64,000 nucleotides of DNA from Podarcis muralis (lineage: Eukaryota): positions 37,944,001 to 38,008,000 of the forward strand of contig NC_135670.1 in assembly GCF_964188315.1 (NCBI RefSeq). The letters run 5' to 3'. The notes beneath the pieces are model-generated. The model was not told the DNA's origin and made no database searches. It worked only from the letters and a program-made list of their open reading frames with translations. Of this stretch, positions 50,248-61,051 are shown piece by piece. The position numbers and the translations under genes are program-made. Every line of letters starts with the position of its first letter. Position 1 is the first letter of the stretch.

Positions 50248-50468
50248 CCTTACAGAATGTCATCGAAGAGTTCAGGTGTAGGAGGTTCATTGAAGGCTAT
50301 GCTTGAAGTTATATAGATTTGAGACATAACGCCAGCAATAACAACATCTCCAGACTGATAATATTTGTGAAGAATAGGAAGAGGGTCACTGATGGAACAT
50401 GGAGCAACAGCAGCCTTGCATTCATCTGGAGGAAGCAGCGCTGACGCCAACATCATGGAAAGTACCAT
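40065..50468 (-). CDS. Vmn2r: V2R gene E (second subfamily), intact, 875 aa. Exons 50254-50468, 47025-47316, 44589-45452, 43295-43522, 41144-41270, 40065-40966
   Basis: GT-AG junctions; sizes 215/292/864/228/127/902 sum to 2628 nt. Exon 4 is not in the ORF track; translated by hand it is open ([43 protein letters not shown]...WPNWFNQ). Cysteine-rich domain and 7TM are intact. Confidence 0.9.
41813..42162 (+). mobile_element. Sauria SINE in intron 4 of gene E
   Basis: Typical body and ACCTTTAC tail, flanked by a 38-bp direct repeat (41775-41812 and 42163-42200). Confidence 0.93.
43737..43860. mobile_element. Short hAT-type MITE
   Basis: Imperfect TIRs CAGTGCTATTTT and AAAAAGACCTG; internal GGAACTC / GAGTTCC inverted pair; 8-bp flanks TTAATGAG and CTCATGAG. 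Confidence 0.55.
45750..45995 (-). pseudogene. Degenerate fragment of a V2R exon 3 inside intron 2 of gene E
   Basis: Translates [18 protein letters not shown], versus [18 protein letters not shown] in E exon 3. DNA is alignable with ~44850-45130. It has internal deletions and no splice sites. Confidence 0.8.
47775..48545 (+). mobile_element. Probable retroelement terminal repeat (LTR or DIRS/Ngaro-like) in intron 1 of gene E
   Basis: GC-rich block with a CATAAAAG TATA-like box (~47928) and AATAAAGTTGTGGCC (~48440). Boundaries and family are uncertain and no TSD was found. Confidence 0.4.
49020..49860 (+). mobile_element. Internally deleted RTE-clade LINE: 5' UTR plus endonuclease fragment
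   Basis: 5' motif CCTTGTCATTGTGAGTGGGCTTGC...GGTCACCCAAGG...GACAAAGA. ORF 49419-49862 has LLGDSNARV...[13 protein letters not shown]...[19 protein letters not shown] (APE domain). Confidence 0.85.
49116..49294. mobile_element. hAT MITE nested in the RTE 5' UTR
   Basis: 17-bp TIRs CAGTGGCGTAGCGTGGG and CCCACGCTACGCCGCTG; perfect 8-bp TSD CTGCAGGG at 49108-49115 and 49295-49302; internal ~22-bp tandem repeat. Confidence 0.92.
50208..50245. repeat. (AC)19 microsatellite next to the exon 1 donor of gene E
   Basis: Direct reading. Confidence 0.95.
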
Positions 50469-50804
50469 CCTGCACAGAGTATTGTAGGAGCAAGAGGAAA
50501 GTTGCACACAGTCTGAGGCAGCAGCGCAAATGCCAAGATTGCAAATATTACCATGTTGCAGGGAATTTTTTAGGCGACAATTCATCTCTTTGCACATTGT
50601 CATCTGAGTGATACTGAGCAGCAAAGTCTCACTGGGATGGTTACGAAAGCCAGATTTTTGTAGGAAATAGAATCAGTGACCAGTCTGACAGAGCCCTTGG
50701 TGTAAGGCCAAGCTCTGAACATCACAGGAGATATTAATAGTATCTTCAAGTCTTGATTCGTAGTTTTCATGCAGCTACTGGAACACCCCAGAGAGTCAAA
50801 GAAA

Positions 50805-50840
50805 TGATCATGATTACTTTGATAATTACAGGATACTTAA
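50805..50840 (-). promoter_or_regulatory. Candidate V2R promoter element (homeodomain-like TAAT cluster), conserved with 1271-1306
   Basis: 32/36 identity between the upstream regions of E and F. The core GTAATTATC is also ~270-295 bp upstream of A, B', B, C and D. Function is inferred. Confidence 0.55.
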
Positions 50841-51050
50841 TCAGCTTCTCAGTGATTTAGGGGTGGGGAGCATGTTTATCACATCACAGCCAAAGTCTCA
50901 GCTGGTCCCCTTAGTGGGGAGAGCAATAAGAGTTTGTGGAGAGTCAGCAAAAAAGAGAAGAAGGGTTACCCAGAAAACTACTTAAGATGAAAATATAGAA
51001 TAAAAAAAACTGCTTTGCCGTTAATTGTTCAAAGAGGTAGAACAAACTTT

Positions 51051-51425
51051 TGTCATGGTCTGGGTCTGGGTTATGGGCAGTCAGAGGTCCGACTTGGTAC
51101 GTCGGGACTGGGGTTGAGGTCGGGAAGCAGGAATCAGCAGTCCAGGGACAGCAGTCCAGGGGTCAGGAAGCCAAGAGTCCAAAGGTCAGGAAACCAGGAG
51201 TCAGGAAGCACAGCTAGGTGGGTAGCGTGTTGCTGTAGCAAAGAGCCAGAGGGAACTGCTGGTCTTATATACCCCTCCTACCCTTTGCCACGAGGTGCTA
51301 CGAGTCTTCTGTCAAGCCTCACCTGTGCGGCATGGGCCTTGCCCTCCCAGGCCAAACTCAGGAAGGCCCCAATCCTGTGAGGCCCTACCAGTCACAGGGC
51401 CTGGCTCCTGCACGCACTTCTGACA
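51051..51425 (-). mobile_element. Solo LTR (Gypsy-like), 375 bp
   Basis: TGTCA...TGACA termini; 5-bp TSD ACTTT at 51046-51050 and 51426-51430; minus-strand TATATAA at 51265-51271. Confidence 0.88.
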
Positions 51426-51524
51426 ACTTTGCACAACCTTTAAATCAAGTCCATTATCCATTTCATCAACCAAAATTCTTATTACATTAACTAACACCAT
51501 ATGGACAAACCATAATTTTCAGCT

Positions 51525-51692
51525 GAGAACCAGTGTGATGTAATGGTTAGAGTGTTGGACATGGGAGACCAGGGATCAAATCCCCACTCAGGCAAGAAGC
51601 TCACTGGGTCACCTTGGGCAGGTCACAGACGCTTAGCCTAACCTACCTCACAGGGTTGTTGTGAAGATGAAATTGGGAGAAGGAGAACCATA
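51525..51692 (+). mobile_element. tRNA-derived CORE-type SINE (Squam3/MIR-like)
   Basis: GAGAACCAGTGTGATGTAATGGTTAGAGTGTTGGAC head, degenerate B box, CCTACCTCACAGGGTTGTTGTGAAGAT core. Confidence 0.75.
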
Positions 51693-51695
51693 GTA

Positions 51696-52037
51696 TAAAG
51701 GTAAAGGTAAAGGTACCCCTGCCCATACGGGCCAGTCTTGCCAGACTCTAGGGTTGTGCGCTCTTCTCACTCTATAGGCCGGGAGCCAGCGCTGTCCGCA
51801 GACACTTCCGGGTCACGTGGCCAGCGTGACAAGCTGCATCTGGCGAGCCAGCGCAGCACACGGAAACGCCGTTTACCTTCCCGCTACTTGCACCCGGGGG
51901 TGCTTTCGAACTGCTAGGTTGGCAGGCGCTGGGACCGAACGACGGGAGCGCACCCCGCCGCGGGGATTCGAACTGCCGACCATGCGATCGGCAAGTCCTA
52001 GGCGCTGAGGTTTTACCCACAGTGCCACCCACGTCCC
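51696..52037 (-). mobile_element. Sauria SINE, full length
   Basis: Reverse complement of the 3963-4320 element, with an (AAAGGT)3 tail. Confidence 0.93.
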
Positions 52038-52311
52038 ACCTATATAAATGCTATATAAATGTAATAGATAAATATGCAATAATGAAGTTTAGATTTAAAA
52101 ATCTGTGAATGCAGTGATTTAGAATCTTCGTCTATGAGCTTTAGAATGCTTGAAACACTACCATAGCAATCAATTTTGAACAAGTTATGTCCAAAGGGGA
52201 AATGCTATAGTATTCTTTGTATCATGACTATTCTTAATTCTACAGTTCTAAAGATTGTAGGCTGTGGTTTTTTAACTAAATCAACCTCCACCAACTTTTG
52301 AGGCCTAAAGC

Positions 52312-52447
52312 CAGGCATAGGAAAACTCGGCCCTCCAGATATTTTGAGATTACAACTCCCATCATCCCTAGCTAACAGGACCAGTGGTCAGGGATGATGG
52401 GAGTTGTAGTCCCAAAACATCTGGAGGGCTGAGTTTGCCTATGACTG
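52312..52447. mobile_element. Palindromic hAT MITE (URR1-like), 136 bp
   Basis: The whole element is a near-perfect hairpin. 8-bp TSD CCTAAAGC at 52304-52311 and 52448-52455. Confidence 0.9.
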
Positions 52448-52795
52448 CCTAAAGCTTTATTGTAAACAACATAGTTGATCTTGTGATCTTATGGGGCACT
52501 TGATCTGAGAGGTGACCTGGATCCTCATCTCCCACATTCCCTGTGGGCCACAAGTGACATGGGGATGGGGCAGCATACCTCTCCATCATCTGATATCACA
52601 GAGACATCAGAGAACCCATTTTCCCCACATGAATGATCAGCTGGTCCTTGGGGCTGAAATTCAGCAAACATGGTGTTCTGCAAGCCCCTGCTATCAGCTG
52701 ATCTTTGGGGCCTCACAGTGCTGCATATGGACCTATGCAAGGCCCCCCAAGAGCTGGTTGTTGGGGTTTCCATAGCTTCATGAACACAGCTTTGC

Positions 52796-52960
52796 TTTTT
52801 TTAAAAAATAAATTTTTATTGGTTTTCCAAACACAAAATAAAAACAAACAATACACAATACACAAACATACAAACATATAAACATGTATAATTTCATAAT
52901 CTTATTTTCATACACCTTACTTCCCGGACTTCCCCATACCTCCCCTTTTCTGCATCCTTG
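52796..52960 (-). mobile_element. 165-bp L1 3'-tail insertion
   Basis: T-rich end; 19-bp TSD TTCATGAACACAGCTTTGC at 52777-52795 and 52961-52979; empty site at ~32133 downstream of C. Confidence 0.85.
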
Positions 52961-53340
52961 TTCATGAACACAGCTTTGCAAGCCTGAACTATCAGAACAT
53001 CATCAGCACTTGTAAAGCACTTTGCGCAGGGATTTGTAAGTTCTCCTGACAGCTGAAATGTTCTTCAGTCCAGCCACTCTGTATCTGTCCCAAATGGAGA
53101 AGATAAACTCAGAGAATCTGGGTCTCATTTGTAGGCAGATGAGGGCCAGTGGGTAACAAATGTCATTCAATTGTTTTGAAGCCCCACTTGGAAAAGTGAC
53201 AACTTCATATTGTGAAGCCAGATGGATGTGTATCCACAGGTGGGTGATGGCGGAAAGGATTAAAACTGCAACCTCTTAATTGTCCATAATGTTCTGCCAT
53301 GTTATACAGGCTGTTGATTCTGAGATCAGCAGCCTTTCTT

Positions 53341-53413
53341 TTTTTAAAAAAAAGATATTTATTAAAGTTTCAACGTTTTACAAAAATAAGGGGGGGGAGA
53401 AAAAAAGAAAATA
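53341..53413 (-). mobile_element. 73-bp retroposed tail (L1-type)
   Basis: 11-bp TSD CAGCCTTTCTT at 53330-53340 and 53414-53424; absent downstream of C. Confidence 0.8.
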
Positions 53414-53778
53414 CAGCCTTTCTTGATTACATATAAATAAATACAATATAGCTTTTACCTAAATATATAAAGTATAGCCTCAGCAGAAGTTACGTGTTTC
53501 ACACCGGTGATGTCTCCCCATGAAGGGATATACCTTTAGCACCCTATGCATGGAAGATCAGTGTATTGACAGGATAACAAATTGACAGAACAACTTTATG
53601 CAGTTAAAAAATGGTCTCAGCTTTATTGGTTACAGATGTAGGTTGGAGGCTTTTTCTGGGAATGAAAAAGATGAAAAGGATGAGTGTTGAGAAATACAAG
53701 GAATTACTTTAACTGCTTTTCATTCAATAAATGCCAGCAAACAATGCAATAAGTAAAACCATCAACACAAGGTAATTC

Positions 53779-56700
53779 CTATTGGCTCCTCAGAATTAAG
53801 TGGTCTTTGCTGTTCAAGTCGGGCCTCAGAAGAATTATATACAATTTGGGGGGAAAGATACAACCCAGCAAACCTGCGCTGGAGGCCAAGATGCAAAAGA
53901 CCTCCACAGCCACCATCTGCTTTCCTTTGGTGCTCAGATAAGAGGGAACAAAGGACAGCCAAACGCTGCAGAACACCAACATGCTGAAGGTGATGAACTT
54001 GGCTTCGTTGAAACTGTCCGGCAACCTCTTGGCCAGGAAAGCCATAGTGAAGCTGACCATGGCCAGGAATCCCAGATAACCCAGGACAGAATAAAACATC
54101 GCGACAGAACCTTCGTTGCATTCCACAATGATTTCCTCCATCAGAGAGTTCATGTCCACATCTGGGAATGGAGGAGCCGTACAGAGCCAAGCAGCACAAA
54201 TGCTGGTTTGAACGGAGCAGCAACCAAGAAGCACCGAGTTTGTGAGAGATTTCCCCACCCATTTCCTCATCCTGGATCCTGGTTTGGTGGCCATGAAAGC
54301 CAGAACCACCGTGATGGTTTTGGCCAAGACACAAGACACAGCAATGGAGAAGATGATGCCAAAAGCAGCTTGTCGTAAAGAGCAGCTGACTGGGTGAGGC
54401 TGGCCAATGAAGAGCAAGGAGCAGAGGAAGCAGAGCAAGAGGGAAATGAGCAGAGTGTAGGTGAGGTCCCGGTTGTTGGCTTTGACAATGGGAGTGTCCC
54501 CATTCCTAGAGAAGACGCCAAGTATCCAAGCTGTGAGCAGAGAAAAGACCAGAGCTAAGGAAGCTAAAACGAACCCTAAAGGTTCTGCGTAGGAAAGGAA
54601 ATGTTGGCGTTTGGGGATGCACTGATCTCTGTCCTTGTTTGGAAATTGGTCATCTTGGCATTGGAAACAATAATCCATATCTGAAAAAAATAAAATTGAA
54701 ATGAGTGATATATGAGTTCTGACAAATAAGACATTAATTAGTTGAAATAAGTATCAGAGATAAGTGAATATTGAAAACTGTTTGTACAATCTCCTGTCAT
54801 TATGCATAATCCGCAATAGGTTCTACTCTGCCTTTCATCTGCAGTTAATGATCAGAAACAAGGCCTTTGGTTGTGCCCTTAGTTGAGTTGGTCACACCCA
54901 GAGAGATCTTCATAGTGATGGAGGCTTCTTGAGAACAGCCACTTTGGGCTCAGAGGCTGGGCTGAGGACAGTTCTGGGTAAGGAGATCATTTCATGCTTT
55001 TTTCTGGCTCACACACCTATACAACAGATAACACCAGACATATTCCACACCTATTTCCACAGATCTCACTTGTAAAAGTTCTGGATTTAGTTTCCCCAAC
55101 TATCTCTTTTTTTCTTCCAGATATCAGTGCAGCTGCTCTTCTGTTTAGGAGTACTGAACTGCTAATAGAGGGAAAGAGTTGAAATAGATATTAGCAAGCA
55201 TTATACAAAATAGCAGATTATGTCTCCTACCCATTTGATTTGAAATCATCCCATGTGGACATGAAGCACAATCATAGCAACAAAATGGCAACCCCTCCTT
55301 CTTTTTCCTGCTGTAGCCTGGCTGGCAGTGATCATTACACAAGGCAAGGGGCAGCACCTAGCCATAAAAAGAGGAGAAAATGTAGCTCTCTTGTGCCTTG
55401 TAAACAACACAATTTTAACCAAAGAAAAGAGATCAGCTAACTGATTAACATTATTCCAGAAAGGCATATGCAAAATAGTGGAATATATTACATTATCTAC
55501 TTTTAAACCAGAACACTAAAGTAGCTTCCCCTTCTCTTCTGAGCTGTAAATCTCACTTGGTTCAGTATGATTTACTCCTCCCTTCATGTGCAAAGCATCA
55601 AAATGTTATATTGAAATCCTATATATCAGGAATGTGAAACCTTTGGTCCACCAGATGGTATAGGACTGTAACTCCCCTCAGTCTGAAAACCAGCCTGGCC
55701 AATGATCAGGGAGGAGGAGAGTTGGAAGGCAACAATATTCCATATGCAAAATAGTGGAATATATTACATTATATACTTTTAAACCAGAACACTAAAGTAG
55801 ATTGACTTCTCACCTCATATATGATGGTAAAATAATGTGCTGGACATGGATTATTCTTCAACAATTTGCTTATTAATGATAAAGAATGTCTACATTAACC
55901 TTATAATTTGTATTCTTAATAACAATACCTCATTTAAAAAACAACAACAATGGTCCCACCTGATTAAAAGATCTGTGCCATGTGATGGCTCCCTCATCCA
56001 TGCTGAAGTCTACGTTTTGTGAATCTTGTGGAACTGTCTTTCCTACTTTCACTCGGGAGAAGGTTTGGTTTGGAAAAGTAACCCAGTTAATAATATCAAA
56101 TCCACCTGCTAACTCCCCATTCTCATCAAAGGACACTAAGTCACCAGCACTGTTGTTGAAGGAGATACTCCTCAAGAACGAGTGCAGCTAGACAGAAGAA
56201 AACAAAGGCAAAGTTTAAAAAAGGAGAGCTTTAATGGATTTAAAAACAAGAAGTATCCATCAATATTTTTCACACAATGCAAAGTAGTCCAAAACTGTGC
56301 AGTCTACAATATTTGGAGCACCTAAGTATTTCTAGTAAGTACAGCTGGCCTGCCACTTGCGTGAGGGTTCAGCTCTGGGGTCCATGTGCAAAGGCAAAAT
56401 GGTGCCATGTCAGGAAGCCCTGGAACTGCCCCTCCTGCAAGGTGGGTGTGCAGGGAGAAGGGGACAAAGAAATGGAGAGAAGCTCATGGTGGGTTTTCCC
56501 TGTTCTCCATTTGTTTATTTACCAACGTAAATAAACCAACGTAAAATGAACTTAACTTTCAGGCCCACTATAATCAATGAACGTCACTGGAAGGGAGTTA
56601 AAAAACAGACCAGGTAACCACATTTGAAAATAGCCCTATACAGTACTCTTTAGTGCAGAAACAAATGCAGGTTCTAGAAAATAGTTGGTGTGGGTGGACA

Positions 56701-59700
56701 GAATGGGTGGGCAGTCATGGGTAGAAACAAACCTTAGTATTTTCAAACAAATTCTTAATTTTTCACAATTCTCCTTTCTCTTGATCAACTTTGCAAAGGT
56801 TTATTCTGAACAGGAAATCTCACCTGCCAAGGTTGCAGTTCTGGAGGATCGAGCCCACCTCTGCCTGCCATCATTCTGCTTTTTGGCCTGGATGAGTGCA
56901 TCTGATGTAAAGAATGTGCAATGGCATAAACCGCATTATAGATACTGTAACTTTGGCCAGTCATGGTCATCTCAAAAATATGCCCAGGAAGGCTCTCCAG
57001 ACTCTCATGGCCAGTGCAGGTCTTTGTGTTTTCCTTGTGCCCATTAGAAGCAGAAAATAAACAGTTGAATGCCTGTTGCCAAAAAGCCTGGAGGAACCCA
57101 TCTCCATTTGGAGAGTTGGGGTTCAGGGTCTGAAGGAAGTCTTTAAATCCCTGGACTTTCTCTGTGTGAATTGCAAAAGACAAGGCACCATCAAAGACTT
57201 GTATATCGTAATGCCTTTGCATTGTTTCTGAAGAGAAAGCCCACTGGGCTGTCAAAACCCACACGGTGCCTGTAGACTTCTCTGCAATATCTTCAGCTAA
57301 TGAATAGAAATATTGCATCCATTTCACAACTGTAATGGTCTGAGGTTCTGCACACAGAACCAATATGTTGACTTCTGAGGCCATCAGGAAAGAGGACTTG
57401 GCCCGAAGGAGTTCCAGGGAACTGAAATTATCTAGACCCTGAGATATGGCTGGTAGTTTTTCATTGAAAGCTGAGCAGACTCCATGCCAGGAAAGCATTG
57501 GCACTAAGGTTTGCATAAAGGTCTCTCCATTTTCATCATCGGATGCCACAATTCCTACCCATGTCCACTGGAAATATAGAAGTAGCATGACAATCCCTGC
57601 ATATTGATATTTCTCATTGGGCACCGTTCGGTAGAATGTCTGGGGCTGCAACTCTGGGCTTCTCACTGGAGCTAATACGCAGTAAGCAATCTGGAGGAAG
57701 AAATAAATTCCACAAGAATTGGAGAGTTCTATCATACAGTTATAAATAAAGGCATCAAGTTTTTCTATACTTTGCAGTGATGTACACCACTAAAATAATT
57801 CAAGATCTGGACCTATACCCACAGGTTTTGTTAGTTGGGAAGAAGGAAGCACTGCTCAACTTAACTGTGGAAGAATTGTCTGTTCAGAAACTCTTTTGTA
57901 CTTGGACATTGTCATATATTTCATGAGTGAGAAACCTGTGGTTCTCCAGAACTTCCTGGACTCCTTGACCATTGAGCAAAAGTGGTCGGGGCTAGTGGAC
58001 AAAATCAGGACAAGCAACTCCCTTGTTTAGTTGGAACCATTCTGATGAGACACAACTAGGGATAGGAGAGGAATTGAGTTCAATGAACATTTTAATAATT
58101 AAAAAAAAAAACCACCTGATTCACAATTCCTGAAACAATTGGTGAGCCAAAATGCAGCTGTCCTCTGACATTTGTACTTCTCTGAATTTTGCAATTGACT
58201 TCTCCAACCAAAAGCAAAGATTTATATTAAAATGACACTGGTCACAAAAGTGAATACATTAGTGAAAATTAAATTTAAAAATATATTACATTAGGAGAAA
58301 TAGCTGGGAAATCTGTGGATTAGCCAGACCTACTTACAAAAACGAGAGAAATGGACACTTGAGATGCTGATGAAATTTTGTGAAGCCTTTTAGAAGAAAA
58401 AAAGGACACATGCTTGTGGAACTGAAAAGGGTAAAAAGGAAAGAAATCCATTTATGGCATATAAATGGACAATAGCATAATGTGCATCTCCAGCAGTTGG
58501 TGGTGGGGAGGAGGAGCAGGGTTTCTCTGATCTCTTGCAACTGGCCTTGTGCAGCTTCCTGGGAGCAGGAAGAAAACTCCTACTGCTGCTGCATTTGCCC
58601 TGTTCCAACCTCCCTGCTGCTTCCAGTGACACATGGGAGACGAGGTCTGGCAAGTACCAAAGCCCCTCTACTCTAACCACTAGTGCAAAACTCCCCCAGA
58701 TGCTTTCGTATCGGTTATATTTTTAACTTTCACCTCCTTTTTAGGAAAAATGAGCCAAAGTAAAAGAAAGCATGGACAACTCAGAAGATCATTATTGTAC
58801 CTGAGGCAGAAGAGCTTGACAGCCCCCAGTCTTACTATACCTGTGGAATCTTGTAGATGCCTAAGACAGTAGCCATGTGGAGAGAGATGTCAGAGTCAAC
58901 TCCTCCAATAACAGCGATATTTTCTTTTTCCTTGTCACATTTGAAGTTGGGGACAATCCTTTCTGTGATGGACAGATGTTTCAGGGTGTTCTGATAAGTC
59001 ATCCTTGCATTTAAGTAGCTATCATAGACGTGGAACCCAAAGGTCGTATTTGGTACAATATTAAGGTTCTTGTTTATTTCTTTCACAGCAAACACCAGGG
59101 AGAGGGTATGCTGGTAGTACTTCAGTATTTCTCTAATAAAAGAGTTATACTATTTGTCAGGTGTATTCTCATCCTCTCCCTCTTAAGCACATTGGTAACT
59201 TCCTAGCTCACATGCATGTACATAAGTTGCCACATCCTCCTCTTAACTCCTTATTTCATTTCAGCAACCAACGGACACTCATTGGATGAGAAGTTCCCAA
59301 GTCAGAAATTCTGACTAGTGCCTCTCAGATAGTTAGTGTTTGGTGTAGGTGGGTAGTAGAGACTAGAGCAGATCAGGTGGAACAGTATCTATTCTTTCAC
59401 AGTTACTGAGTTTCCATCTTGCCCTCCTTGAAATAAAATTGTGGCTGTACAAAAAAATACCGCAGCCAATGTTAGTCATAAGAGAAAGTCCATTGTCATG
59501 AATGGTATGAATGTTAGGCCCAGAGAAAATGGAAGAATTCGCAAAGCATGATATGCTGCCAAACGAATCAAAAAACGAGTTTTATCAAGAAAGATTGTAT
59601 GACTGTGTCCAAAAACATTGGTGTTGTTTCCTGAAAGCAACGATCGCCTGATAACAGGAAGAAGTTGGCAATGGACAACACTAATTTTAAAAAAACCCAC

Positions 59701-61051
59701 TGACAAGAACAGGGAGGAGCTGGCAAAGGGACACAGATGTGTGATAAAGGTTTGGAAAATACTGTCTGTCTGCTTTGAAGTACGACTGCGAAGGGTTTTC
59801 TTGATGGTGGTCCAGGAAAGCAGTGGAGACAGCCCCTCTGCAGACAATCCATGGACGGCAATGGGAAAGAAGACTATAAAAAGGACCCCTTTGCATGTCC
59901 TTAGTGCTGCTGGGACTAGCGCTACTGCTCAACACCCACAGCTCTTGCCTGAGGCTTGATCAACCCATCTGAAGGGCCTTGTAAGTATGGATGAATGAAT
60001 GCATGAGTGTTTGAACCTCTTGCTACCAATGTATTAATGTATACTTGACTATATGAAATAAATGTTACATGAAAGGTGTGTAAACCCAGATCTGGTCTCT
60101 GACGTCTGTTATTGAAAGTCCTATAACATATGGGATATCACTTGTCTCTCCGGATTTCAAAAAAACCAAGTTACCACGGTTTGGTGACATAAATGGCGCT
60201 GTGAGCAGCATTCCGAGAATGGGTGATATATACGTATTGAAGGATGACTAAATAGAGGATTAATAGACCAGACTAAGTTAGGTGTATTAATTTCAATGGG
60301 TTTCCTTTGCATATAACTAAGTTTTGATACTTTGTTTTGCAAAAACAAGTTTGCAACTGCTGCTTTTATCACCCAATATGGTTTACATTGCATAGTAGCA
60401 GGTATAATACAAAATCTATGATATTCATGTGTCACAGCATCTGTGTCTGTCTGATTAAAAGAGTGATTGTGAAAGTGAGGAAGAAGCTGTGCTGCAAAGG
60501 AAAACAGATGTTAATGGTGTGAAAGGAAACACAGAGGGAGGATGAGGATGAAGTTGGGAGAAAGTGGTGAGAGCCATGGGATCAGGTGATGAGAAAGCAG
60601 AACAGGCAGAAGATAGAAACCCCAAGAAGCGGAATAAAGCAACATAGAATAAGGTGACAAGATCACAAGGTAAAGAGAAGAACATATATATTTAACATTC
60701 CTACCTGACAAAAGTCACATGGAAACATGTTCTGAGCATGACACTGTATGCTTGGTGCACTTGTAGCATGCATGAGCTCACCAAGGGTACGCTATGAAAG
60801 ATAGAGTTTTTTACTTACAAAAGTTCATCTATAAGCTTTGTGTTTGGGTGCTCATGGAAATCTATTTCTTCAAATACAAAGCCAAAATAGGTAACGATTC
60901 CTCCGATGATTAGGTCCCCTCTCTGATAATTGTGGTATGGAAGCTGGAACGGCTCCATCATGGTGCATCCAGCAGAGCGTTCCTTGCTCTCAGTTGGAGG
61001 CAACTGAAGCCACAGGAAGAGAAGAATCTGCAGCAGAAATGTTATGACCAT
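53779..61051 (-). CDS. Vmn2r: V2R gene D, intact, 882 aa. Exons 60819-61051, 58841-59132, 56824-57690, 55960-56187, 55231-55357, 53779-54680
   Basis: All introns are GT-AG, exon sizes are identical to gene A, and there are no internal stops. Confidence 0.93.
59494..60255 (+). mobile_element. LTR (59494-60189, 696 bp) with primer-binding site and a short internal stub, in intron 1 of gene D
   Basis: TGTCA...TGACA termini; TATAAAA at 59875-59881; AATAAA at 60057-60062; PBS TGGCGCTGTGAGCAGCAT at 60194-60211. No TSD. Absent from the paralogues. Confidence 0.88.

Noticed and set aside
59476-59959. 80-120-aa ORFs in intron 1 of gene D
   Set aside because: They fall inside the LTR U3 region and show no gag, pol or env similarity.
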